A DNA stretch of 60,231 nucleotides, the filler included, from Sphacelaria rigidula (lineage: Eukaryota): the NCBI GenBank assembly GCA_964200075.2. It is 9 parts of 9 records of this genome, joined end to end, with 100 filler letters (N's around TTAATTAATTAA, not from the genome) between each part and the next. Parts side by side here need not be neighbours in the genome. Positions count along the whole stretch, not along the records: positions 46,926 to 53,528 come from CAXNAA020019117.1; positions 53,629 to 60,231 come from CAXNAA020019118.1; 7 more parts are not named here. One strand, given 5' to 3'. Below the pieces are notes generated by a model. That model ran no database searches. It was not told where the DNA came from and saw only the letters and a program-made list of their open reading frames with translations. Below are positions 48,876-60,231 of this stretch, piece after piece (position 1 is the stretch's first letter; each line of letters opens with the position of its first letter). Both the position numbers and the translations under genes were made by a program.

Positions 48876-51490
48876 GCCGTGCCAGTTTCACGCCCGTTGG
48901 CGCGGGGAGGAGCTCGAGGCAGCAAACGGCGTCTCAGTCTCTCGCCATGGTAGACGAAGGGCGCAACTTGGGGAAAGTACGTAAGGACTTGCCATTATTG
49001 CTCTCTGGTCTCTGCTCGATATCGTTTGTGTTTGCCAACTTGGTTTGGTGCCATGACGGCGAGGCATTCGGGAACATCAACAGTACTCTATGTAGGAGGT
49101 GTCATTCGGTACAGTCCGTGAGTGCCATTGAACATGACCTTGAGTGAAGACCTTCGCAGTCAAGTGGGTCATGTACGCGAGAATCCTGCACTCAGTATTT
49201 CTTCGATGTCTGTCTGCTCGATAGCGTTCTGTGTTTGAAAGTATTTCGCGGTTTGGGTGCTCTAGCGCTTCCTTAGTCCCTTCCCGGTATGCATGCGTAC
49301 TTCGGTGAGATGTTTCTACTACCATCATTTGCATACGGCAGTTCGATGCTACAGAGTTCAACGTGCGCTTTGACCGTTACTTCTACTCGGCCAGCCGCCT
49401 GTACACTGTGATAGGGCCGTGTTTCCCGATGCCTCCTTGTCTTGATATGAAATGGAAAAAATGCCAGACAGCACGTACACTAATGCCAGGTCAAAATGTT
49501 TGTGGGTTACCGCCAAACGTTGATGTCCTCCAGACGACCCCCATCGATTGTTGATCCTTCGAAATCCACGTTTTCGCTGCTTGTTGTACTCTCCCCGTGC
49601 TGGTGCTTTATCGCAGACCATAGCAGCGGTCCTCGTCTTAGTTGCCACCGTCGTGGGCAGCGCGGTGCCCTTCATGGCAATGGGGCCAGATGTAAGCGTC
49701 CTGATTCCGAACTGGTGATCAGCAGCGGCTAGGCTAGTGGGGATTTTGTTGTGTGGCGTCCTACATAGCCCTGTCTTCCGTGTGCGACCACTAAAAAACG
49801 CCAGTTGGTGGTGTGCCAATGAAAACGCCATCCAGTAGGTGCTATTTATTTAGGATAGGGGTGGTCAATAACGTATCCCAACACAGTACTGTAGATGCCT
49901 ACTAGGTCTTAACACGGCATGATCATATGACATTTTGTCACGTTTGTATGGCCAAATTGGGTCTGCTTCTTTCTCTGTCGGAAGTAGATTCAAAAAAGTA
50001 AAAAATATATATATTACCCGTAGCGCCGCTGGATCTTGTCGGGAAGAGCTTCGCAAAACCGCACTGTATATTTTTCTTCTGCTGTGAAATACGTACAACG
50101 CCCCGATAAAGGGCAACACGAAACCCGTGTTTTATTTCGGATTTGAATGGCCCTACCATGTAAATGCCTGGCAGATAGATAGGGGCTAAAACTAGCCGAA
50201 AATGTATCCTCTGGGAGTGTTATTCAGAGGAGGGGTGGTATTCAACGTACTGCATACCGCAATAGGGCGTCATCGTAATTTTGATAAACATATCTCGGAA
50301 AATGTGGGGGTGGGGGGGTTGGGGGACATGTTGATGTTGTTCCGAAGTGAAGTACCGTTTTTGCAGCCTTATGGCACTTACTTACGTGCGGTGGATTTTG
50401 ATCATGCTCGACTATATTTTATAGCGACCGTCGTCATAATCAGACTGGGAGACGGGGCAAAATTCAATCGCTCGTCGGGGTACCTCATGATCGCGAAGGG
50501 GAAGGTAAAAGACATCCGCATACACACACGCACGCGCACACACAAGCACGCAAGAAGAAACGTAACGGCGGCGCAGTTCGTTTTGAAGGCTTTGTACTTG
50601 CCGTATTATTTTGAGTGCAAGAATGGCGTCATCGTGACATCATGTGCCATGATACTTTTCTCCCGATGCTCTCCTTCTTGTACACGTGCATGAGCAGCAG
50701 ACCGCAGGACCGAAGACAATACGGGTTGTGGACGAGGAAGGGAACGTCAGCGAGCGGGGTGAGTGCTCATGTCGCCGATCGAGACGGGTGTAGGTGTACA
50801 CCAGGCCAAGCCGTCCACCATAATTCACGGTTGGCATATTGAACTTGTTTATGTCTAAATTTATGACCGTAAACCCTAAATCCGGACGCCGAGGCAGACC
50901 ACACGTAGCCCTCACCTAAAGAAAAAAGAAAGAAAACACGCGGCAGATCAAGAACACTCGGGCGGGGGGGGTGCGGGACGTCGTTTGATACCTGAAAGTA
51001 CAGCGGGCGTTGGCAGGAGCGCATGTCAGTATCTCTGTGCGGCGCCGAGTTTATCAGAATGCCATGCTGTGATGACTTCTTGCGAGCACTTGCAAACTGT
51101 TATCCCCCTGAAGATCCATTCAGTGTCAATATTGGAAAAAACAAAGACGTTTATTTTCATCCATGGACTCGTTGATTTGTTTCGATATCGACGCTTCGAT
51201 ACTTGGCACACTCGCAAAGCACTTTCTGATTCAACCGTACGGGCGATTATCAAGTGCAAGAGGTCGGACGCACACTGCGGTATATGCGTGCATGGATGCT
51301 TCCGTCTTCTCTTTTCACGTAGACTTGGGACAAGCTCGATAGTACTGTACATGTGATTATATTTTCTTCTTTTCTCCCTCCACCTATGAATAAGCAAAAC
51401 GCCTCCGTTTCTGTTTTTTTGTCGTTGCATATACTCTCAGGATCTATGACGGCCATGACGAGAGCTGAGATCCAGAAGAAACTTGCCCAG
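48876..51490 (+). CDS. Spliced gene fragment, possibly a plastid-targeted Tic22-like protein
   Basis: Phase-compatible exons 48876-48976, 49617-49691, 50701-50758 and 51441-51490 give RASFTPVGAGRSSRQQTASQSLAMVDEGRNLGKTIAAVLVLVATVVGSAVPFMAMGPDTAGPKTIRVVDEEGNVSERGSMTAMTRAEIQKKLAQ. This reads as a transit-peptide-like segment, a hydrophobic helix, then a stretch resembling the Tic22 start (..I..KL..VPVF). The exon structure is better supported than the family call. Confidence 0.55.
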
Positions 51491-51546
51491 GTAACTATAC
51501 CGCGCAGGGCCCCGATGTTAGCATCCAACCGGATACCCACATCGTA

Positions 51547-52402
51547 CGAGCCGGGCCAGCCTAAAAACGGATTGAAGCTCTAAAAGCAATATCTCATCGA
51601 CACAGACGAGTTGGCCCGTGATCCGCATATCGTATTAATCGTCTGATCAAGGGGAAGGTGCCCATCTGCTCAGAAGTTTGGGCCCATATGTTCTCGTTGA
51701 TTAAACCCCATATCTAGTAATTCCTATACCTAAGGGAGATAGCCCCAATACTAAAATCTCTACGAAACTCCCGATCGATGTATTTAGCAGATGGCGACGA
51801 ATTTTGGTGTGGAGAATCACAAAAGAGTGCCGAATAAAAAAAAAATGGGCCTTCCATTTATTTTATTTTTCATAGAGGTTAGGGCGTTCTCGTGAAATAC
51901 GGTCTTTACCATAGTAGAACGCCCTAAACCAGTGGAAAAAATTGAAAAAAAATCAACCTGACCCACTTTGTTTTGTTAATTATGCCTTAGAGAGCGCCCA
52001 CACCAAATTTCAATACACGAAAACCAAACGTGGGCCGGTGAGTGGCCTGCGAAATACTGTTCCGAATTTCTACCGACCCGGTTTTTGATAGGCCCATTCT
52101 CTTTTATACATTTAGAGTTGGACCCTGAAATTTGGTATGGACAATGCATAGAGCATTAACAAAAAAGTACTGCGGTACCAAAATGTTTTGTTCTTTCATG
52201 AATGAAGGGCAATAATTGGTTTTCAGGTATCAGTAAAATCCCCCTTACTCATGAAAATGAAAAATAAACATTTTGGTACCGCAGTAATTTTGTTCATTAT
52301 GTCCTATGCATTGCCCATGCCAAATTTCTTGGTCCAACTCTAAATGTATAAAAGAGAATGGGCCTGCAAACTTCAAATCCGCCTCTAGGCTGGCCCAGCT
52401 CG
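51547..52402. mobile_element. Complete TA-flanked MITE (about 856 bp) with internal long inverted repeat
   Basis: TA-CGAGCCGGGCCAGCCTA ... TAGGCTGGCCCAGCTCG-TA. Internal about 120-bp inverted repeat at about 52090-52209 vs 52241-52365. Confidence 0.8.
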
Positions 52403-52438
52403 TAACGTAATGTAACGTAATGCAACGTAATGTAACGT
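52403..52438 (+). repeat. Short tandem repeat (TAACGTAATG)n
   Basis: TAACGTAATGTAACGTAATGCAACGTAATGTAACGT. Confidence 0.8.
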
Positions 52439-54109
52439 GGACCGCGGATGAATGTTGATACTCGTGTGGATCGCGAGATGGACATATTTTGTATGGATGG
52501 TCTCGAGAGCGAAGGTCACGACGACTATCATGTGAGCGCACGGTTGTTAGAGATGATTCTACGACTTCGAGCCCCAGTAGAGGTGAGCGGTAGGGCATAG
52601 GGGCTAAACTCGCAGTCTCGCGAGGGGGGGAACTGATGAACACGCCACGGGAAAGACAATGTGTGCGGCAAGCCTATATTATAGCCTATGTGAATGGTTC
52701 ATACGAAGTACGTGGTGGTGTTGGATTGTCGGAAGTTAGACCGGCTCATGCCCCCTCCCCTCCCCGTTTCAAGAGTTTAAATGCACTCGTGGGTGAGAAT
52801 CTAGTTCCTGAGTTTCATTAGAAGTGGAGTCGCTGAGGTACAGGCTCTTGTTGAAGTCGCGTTGAAACTCTGTGTAATTTCGCTATGGTACCGTTCTTCT
52901 TGGATTTTTCATACGAGTCGAGTCGTACTTGAACATAGTAATAATATTACAGTATACTTTGGTTGTTGCGTCGGGGTGTTGTCGTGTCGAAGTCTTTCAT
53001 CCAAAGGTCGCACGCATCAAATCGCGTGTGTTGTCATAATGTACTGTCATATACTGTAGCACTCATAACCACACGATGGAGCATGCCGGGGGGCACGTAG
53101 TATATCACCCTTTTTTGAGTACAGACGTGACCCGAGTGTGTGGATTTTTTCGACACCTGAGCATACCGCAATGGACAACATTACGCGTAAGTTGCTCATG
53201 TTACGGCTACTAAAGTTGTCTGCTACTAAGCAATGTGGAAGGTGTACTCTCTGCGCTGAAGGCTCTCAGTCTCTGGGGTACACAATGTCTATGGATTGTA
53301 TATGTACATTGGGCGGGCGATATCTTCCTTGGGCTTGATTGATGTCTCGATTCGCACTACTGCTACCACTGCTCACCACGGTTGAGCGGTCCGATGGATA
53401 TCTTGGGTTGTACTACTGGCTATCACGCGCTATCATTCCACACGCACCACGTATGTTTACCTGAGGTCATCGCAGTCCCCCCCCCCCCCCCCCCCCCTCC
53501 CCTAGGGCCACGCCGACGCCCCGCAGCCNNNNNNNNNNNNNNNNNNNNNNNNNNNNNNNNNNNNNNNNNNNNTTAATTAATTAANNNNNNNNNNNNNNNN
53601 NNNNNNNNNNNNNNNNNNNNNNNNNNNNGGGTCCTGCCGATGTTGGTGGAGTTAGGGGGGGGAGAGTGGGGCGGGGGGGGGGGGGTCATTTGTTACTTGC
53701 CTCAGTTATTTGACTATTGGCAACGCATCTCTTCCGCGAGACGGAGCACCATTCCTAGTCCTGGTAGACATCTCCAACATTCGTGCGGTCATTACAGTAC
53801 CAGCTATACAGCAAGCAGAAGATAAAACTGACGCGATAGATATTTGGTGTTACGGCGACCCCCACGGACAGGGGAACAGTGCGACATGGCCATATTTTTC
53901 TTGCATCCTCTGTCGTGGCGCTGATCGTGACAATGTTATCGGGCATTCAGGGGCCTTCAAATTTCTCTGAAAATAAAAATGCGAATTCGCGACTCAAAAT
54001 GTACCGAATCTTATCACGAATCAAACCTCTTCAATCGCCATCAGCCAGGGAATCTAACGGGGGAGAAAAACGTCAAAACGGCATGTGAGAATCGAACTAT
54101 ACCCCAAAA

Positions 54110-55390
54110 TGTGGCATTTCGGTGACGTGGGGTTTTGGGGTCGTCAGATCTCCACTGATTTTGTATGCATCGAAGACCTCGAAAGCCTCTTGACGTCTTC
54201 CCTTATAGCTTTCGGATAAAAGCTCCGATCGTCCCCAACATCGGCAGTTTGGCGGATATGTGTACTCCGAATAAAGAAAAAACAAGCGTTAAAGAGGATG
54301 TCGAAGCTCATCCGCATTCCACCGGTTTCCGGAGGTCCCAGCGTGAAGACCCCTAGAAGCCGGTACAGATTGCTTTAGAATTAAACATTCGAGAGTTCAA
54401 ATTTGACTCGGCTCAAGGTAATCGAAGGAACTTTTGCACGAATTTTCGTCGCGTGACTGACACAAAGCTGATCCCAAACGGTCGGTTTGAGCTAAAGCCC
54501 ACAAGGACAATATCAGTAGTATGCATACTATAATCAAGTATGAGGATTCCGCGTACATTTGTACACTTCACGCACACACGGGCGATCGCTCACGCCGTTT
54601 TTCCGAGTTATACCCTGAAATTTGCGCACGGATGCCCCAGGGTATGTAGTGGGGCTGTACGAGTATGAGTGGGCTCTTTTTCTTGTTCGCCAGACATCCG
54701 GGGTCCCAGGAGGCGGTTTGACCCGTGTGCAAACTTTTTCAAGGAACTGTATAACCCAGGGTCTGTCAAAAACAATTCTGGACATGTAGACCCCGAGATG
54801 AAAAGATCCGAGTTTCAGAGGAGGGGGGGCACAACCAGCCTGCTGTTCCCTAGTTTACTGCCTAGGCGTTGGCGGGTGCGGTCAACCAACGTCTTCAGAG
54901 ATCCTTGGCATGAAGAACGATGAAATGGCGGACGGGCTGCCCCCCCAAGCTCATCACCTACCATGATTACATTTATGGGATCATGTTCCGTGTCGGGGGC
55001 TTCGAGTATCCACCAGTAGTCCGGGCAAGTTTGGCGAGGCGTGAGATAAAGTTGCTACTCTGGCTGCAGGCTGTCGCTACCGTGCGCTCGTGTGCATACA
55101 GGTGTGTGAGGTGGCCAGCATCCGATGTCATCGGGATAGTAGAGCGGACAAGGAGCAGAAGCAAATTACGAACCTCCTCGCAAAGCCCACCAGATATTTC
55201 GTTTTTATTCAGTGTTTCTTGATAAGTTTTTTCCGTGATATATTTTCAAAAATCCTGACAATTGTCGAAAAATTGCCCTCCGGGAGGGAAGGGATGGGGG
55301 GGGTGTACTCATGATCATGCTTGCCATAGTCATAAGACCATTGGGAAGGGATGGGGGGGGGGGGGAGCTCCGTGTCCGAAAATCTTCTGC
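54110..55390 (+). repeat. Longer copy of the non-coding repeat that joins the 31.2-31.7 kb and 43.6-44.1 kb segments
   Basis: The first half matches 31230-31740 and the second half matches 43560-44065. Confidence 0.72.
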
Positions 55391-58300
55391 CGACAGACTC
55401 TTGACTTAATCGGCAAAAAATCGGCGGCGAGGGGCGAAGCCGCGAGCCCCTACGTCCCCCCCTCCCGGCTGGTGAGAGGGCCTCGCGGGAGCGCCGCCGG
55501 AGGCAAAAAAAATTGCAATATTTGGCCGGTTTTCCCTTCAAAATATGGATAGTTGTGAAAAAGGTAACCCCTCACATCAAGGATCTGAGAGGGTCAAATA
55601 ACATGAAAATTACTTTCGAAGCGATGAGCGATTCGAAAATCATTCATCTGTAGCATGCAGCAGAAGAGACTCTCCGTAAGGAGCGGAGGATGGGAACAAG
55701 GAAGCCAAGGCTGGCAGCACGTGGGGATAAAGGCGCGAAATCATTCAAGTCCAGGCCGACAAACACGCGTGTAGATGAACAGCAAGCCGTGGTGTCATGG
55801 GTTAACGCTTGTTATTTTTGTTCTCGGATCTCGTGCAATGTTACGACAAACCTTGGCATGTATCCGCAATACCACTTCGAGGTGTAGTGAGCATGTGCTA
55901 CATCATGTCCAAAATACCCTTCATGCAATTAGCAATTGGCAACTGGGGTTTGGTGTTCAGCATTCCCGCATCAAGCGTCTCCCCGTACACGAGTCACGAC
56001 CCCTTTTTTTGCTTCATTTTTTTCATTCGACGGATCAGCCGTCAACCCGCCTACACTCTACGGCCAAAAAAACGGGAAAACTGCAGAAAATCACCAGGTA
56101 TCAACGATGCGGACGGGGCAAAAAAAAATCCAGGGCAAACCCGTTCTTCATGTGTTTCGCATGATACTACCACAGAACGCCACACCAACGCTGTACAAGT
56201 CGACCGAAACCCGGAAGACGGAGCATGAAGCTGTGCACCGCTGCTTCATGCGTCATTGACGTGAACAATGTCCGTGAACGCTTTCGAAGTACCCTTCGTC
56301 TCAGTTGAGGCGGGGTCTTCTCAGAAGTGATGATCACTTTTTTAAAACCATCTTTATAAAAAACGACCGATGATTGGCTGCTGCGATACCACCCCCCCAA
56401 AACAAAGTGCCAAAAAGTCACCCTCGCACTTTGTAACACCTCGAACGGGAACATAAAACATCCCGTTGACCGTTGACAGGGGCATAACCGAAGGCTTGAC
56501 AGACAAGTCAATACAATCAAACGTGAACCTGAGGAACTCATCGCCCTCCGAAACCAAAACACACCGCTCCAGTGATTCGTGCTCATCAGCTGGGCATTCT
56601 GTGCGCGACCTTGCTCAAATCGGTTAAGATTGCAGTGAAGAATGATGATTAGCGTGAGACGCGCGCGTAGCACACGTTCAAAAACAGACAGCAACAGCAC
56701 GTTTTCGGTTGCTATTCGACACGCACGCGGCCGCCTCTCATCCAATACTGGATGGTTTTCCGTCAAACAAAGACTGTCGTGTGTAGATGATGAAGAGCTA
56801 GCGCTGGAGCTAATGCGAGTGAGTGGTGGGTGTCTATGCGTCGGTCTTCGTGGCTCGGTGTGTCGGCGCTATGTTTCCTTGTTGCGTCTTGTCCGCAGCA
56901 GTACAGAGATATTGGACTAACAGCCACTTCCAGAACCGCCGCATTTTTCACCTGTGTGCAGATCTGGGCTTTGATCTGGACAAAAATGTTTGTCGATAAG
57001 ACGAAGCACTGGTCGTTATGGGGATCAAATGTCCACCGGGATAAGCGGTGGCACGCGAAAACACTTTCGAATATCCCCGACTACAAAAACACTACGAAAA
57101 TCTCCCTTTTCAATTGAAAGATGCTGTGCTGCTTGTGGTGGATAGCCTTAGTCCTGGGTCAAGCGCTGCTGCTGTTGCGCGTCTGCCACCCCGCCCCCCC
57201 TCACCTTGTCCTATAGGGTGACATTCAAAATTCAAATATGTACTGTTCATTATTCTCATTTTATTTTTTATTTTTTTCTTCAGGGATTCGACCTTATATG
57301 TGCGCTATTTAATCTGCCGTTCCCCCTGTCGAACAGCTGGAAGTCAAAGCAAAACAACTCCTTTCGTACTTTTTGGTATTTATCCGCGGATATTCATGTA
57401 TTTTTCGCGGATAACCATATCGTTTTCACGGACTACTGCGACAGTGCACCGCAGGGAATTGCCGCGGTTTGTTCCACGGAGGGGGGCAAACCGCTCCGTG
57501 AAAAAATCCATTCCACGAATATCCGCTCCGCTCTGTGAGACTTCGAAAAAAATACGCACTGCGGAGCGGATTGTCCTCCATACTCATCCCTGGTATTTTT
57601 GCTATTAAGTCACAATACTAAAATTGGTGTACGAATAGCCGGTAACGGAAAACCTCAATAAACTGGAACCCTCGTCGCCAGTTCCAGAGTAATCGACAGT
57701 ATTGCCCAATCCAGTTGACAGACACAATGGTTCAGCATTTGTTTTCGGGGATACAATACTAAGGCCATTTCTTGTGTTGAGAAACGTTTTCCCAAAGAAT
57801 CTGTTCCTCAGCCTTTTCAACACGTTTCTGAAGCACTCGTTCTTATGCGAGATCAGAAAAAGCAGTTTTGATCGTTTTTGCAACACGTGTGGGAATGATC
57901 TAATCTGGGACGCGTTAAAGGGACAGCACTCTGTTAACTGAGCAGTACCTGGTGGGCTGCACGACACTAACTCTAAACGTACCGCCCTCGCTGGAACTGA
58001 CGATTGTGTTTTTTTCGCTGGACGGTAGCCCATTGCTGTACGGACAGCAATGACTACAGTACAGACAGAGCTGCATGGCATGTAACTACAGTAGGAACAC
58101 CGTGTAAAGTATCATGTATACAGTACGGTCCTCTCTACAAGACATGGACTGCATGACGAGTGCTGTTAACAGCACGCTGCATGCACAGAGCTAAAGTGGA
58201 CAACAAAACTGAATTCGTGCTCGACCCGCCCTGTGCCTCTGTATTTCCATGGAAAGCACGGCCATCATCCCACTGGGGGGCGTCAACAGTCGCCTAGCTA

Positions 58301-58974
58301 CTTTTTCGGGCGTAAAACGATGGAGACGCGACCCAAAAAGACAATTTTCAATCTTCAACAGGATATATGATGCGGGAAAAGGGTATTGTAGCCTCCGGAC
58401 ACTGGGCATTGCAGCCTTAGGCCCGCCACCCGGCAAGCTACAAGCTCCAACCTCCCGCCCCATCATCTACGGTCAGTCGACAGAGAAAATCTTCCTCGAA
58501 CTACCGGTACCGATTGTACACTGTATAAGTGTACGAGTCTCTCGTCATATTTTTGAAAACAGAGAACCGTGTATGAAGAATAAAAAATGGAACGTTTTGC
58601 TCATCACACCCGCAACAAAGTAGAAATACGAAACACGACCATGGAAGTTTGGAGTATATTGAAGCCTGAAGAAGTCGGTCCGTTTGGAAACGAGTCACGC
58701 CACATGAAACGCTTGCGGGCAGCTGGCTGGAGGAGGCGCATATAACATTTTCGTAACTCTGAGCGTTTCAAGAATGTCGAGCTAATTATAAGCTTTGCAA
58801 TAAAAAGGCCTGATCTAGCTCGAAATCCACAAATCAAGCTAGACTTTATGCGCGCTTACGGAACCAAAGACATGACGGCGACGCAGCCATCACGTGACTT
58901 GTTCAACCATGCGAGTACGGAAATTACTGGATTCTACTGTGATTCGTGTGGTCGGGATCAATCTCGACGCTTCG

Positions 58975-59412
58975 TTTTCAGCGTTGTAACTCAGGTACGC
59001 GTAGCCCAGGCACGTGGAATGGCGCAAAAGTTGCGTGGAGGCCTGTTTAACCAGCGGTCGACATTATTCTCCATTTCGATCATCAGGCCCAACAATTCGT
59101 GAATTTGGTGATTTGGTGATTCGAACCAGCGATGACTCGTCCGAACCGTGCAACCGTATGCCAACAGCATTTTGCTCCCACCCAACTTCTGTAGGGACCG
59201 GATCACCGGCAGTATGGCGATCTCCGGCAATCTCGAGCGTTTCACGGTTCGCACGAATCGCCTCAGGTTCGAATCACCCCATAGACGATTTTTTTGGTCT
59301 GACTGCTCGAAAGAGAAGAAATAGTTGACCGCTGGTCAAATAAGGTCTCGCGCAGTGTTTGGGCCATTCCACATACTTCGGGCTGCGCGTACTTGGGTCA
59401 CACTGCTGAAAA
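58975..59412. repeat. Degenerate inverted repeat with about 95-bp arms (MITE-like)
   Basis: TTTTCAGC..GTACGCGTAGCCC..GTGGAATGG..ACCAGCGGTC (58975-59070) is mirrored at 59316-59412. Confidence 0.65.
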
Positions 59413-59940
59413 CAAAACCCGAGGATTAATGCGTACGGTACGAGTAAAGTACCAGACGAATCGTTCAATCGTCCGATCCATATGATCGAACACGGTGTAT
59501 CTACAGGGTTTCACCAGAACCGACATGGTACATTTGTTCGCCATCATTACCAACTCGATGTCGACTGACTTTTACCTGCAGCTCTAACGAGGAAAATGCA
59601 CCTAACGCTCCACGTTTCTGAGAGCTCAACATCGTAATTTCGAGGCACCACTCTCCGCTCGAACTCGAACCTAAATTGATGAGTAACGCGCACTGTATTC
59701 TAGACACATAGTCGAACGAGGAAGTGCTGTCCTTCACGACCAAGCGGGTGTTTCATTCCGAGTACTCGAGCACGGTGCACGGCAGTGGAGGTGGCACTCC
59801 GTGACGCCATGGCCGTATCCGTTATTTGATGGGAAAGAATAGCACTCGATCACCTCACCATGAGACGAGCAGACTCCATCGACCTCGAGGACCCCACACG
59901 GGCGCTGAACGATGACTGGGGTCATTTCTTCTCAGGAGGG

Positions 59941-59959
59941 TGGTGTTGAGTAAACACCA
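59941..59959 (-). promoter_or_regulatory. Histone-type 3' stem-loop candidate
   Basis: Minus strand reads AATAAAAAACCC-TGGTGTT-TACTC-AACACCA-CCCT, about 147 nt downstream of the H2A stop. Confidence 0.55.
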
Positions 59960-60105
59960 GGGTTTTTTATTTGCTTTTGTTTTCGGTGCCGCGATGTTCA
60001 GAAACGAACGGACACGGCCAAAAATTGACGCCAACGGTGGAAGATGCAAGCCAACGGGCTCGAAATCAAAGTGCCCTTCCTTCCAGTACATCCTCCTTCA
60101 CCCGA

Positions 60106-60231
60106 TCAGTAGTCCTGCGACGCAGACGACTTGCCGCCCTTGGGCACGCTAGACTTCTTCGGCAGAAGAACAGCGTGGATGTTCGGCAGCACGCCACCCG
60201 ACGCGATCGTCACCTCCCCGAGCAGCTTGTT
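60106..60231 (-). CDS. H2AX: Histone H2A.X C-terminus (5' part outside window)
   Basis: [45 protein letters not shown]: canonical H2A docking region plus terminal SQ(D/E)-aromatic motif. Not in the ORF track. Confidence 0.93.
   Translation of the reverse strand, partial: NKLLGEVTIASGGVLPNIHAVLLPKKSSVPKGGKSSASQDY

Noticed and set aside
55690..56950. Overlapping 100-200 aa ORFs as a gene or transposase
   Set aside because: No recognisable motif or consistent splice structure; at most a highly decayed TE.

Overview
Eukaryotic, intron-rich, repeat-rich DNA that looks like a brown alga or related stramenopile (inferred from splice style and gene sequences, not from a search). The window is not one locus. 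It is nine contigs of 6604/6603 nt joined by identical 100-nt N44-TTAATTAATTAA-N44 linkers, so neighbourhood across the linkers is meaningless. Nearly all ORF-track entries appear spurious, and the real genes emerge only by splicing. These are: a selenoprotein K gene (in-frame UGA, 19-nt microexon, type II SECIS in the 3' UTR); the 3' five exons of 60S ribosomal protein L4; four exons of a SOS1-like Na+/H+ antiporter tail; a possible plastid Tic22-like gene; a probable LYR-motif first exon; and the C-terminus of histone H2A.X with a histone-type 3' stem-loop. The rest is transposon material: a decayed Copia element, hAT and LINE remnants, a tRNA-derived SINE, TA- and TTAA-type MITEs, and a 5'-truncated retroposon family that repeatedly inserts into poly-C/poly-G tracts with target-site duplications. 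I found no convincing multi-gene novel system. The most notable signals are the hidden selenoprotein with its SECIS, the homopolymer-targeted retroposon, and a structured intronic RNA candidate in RPL4.
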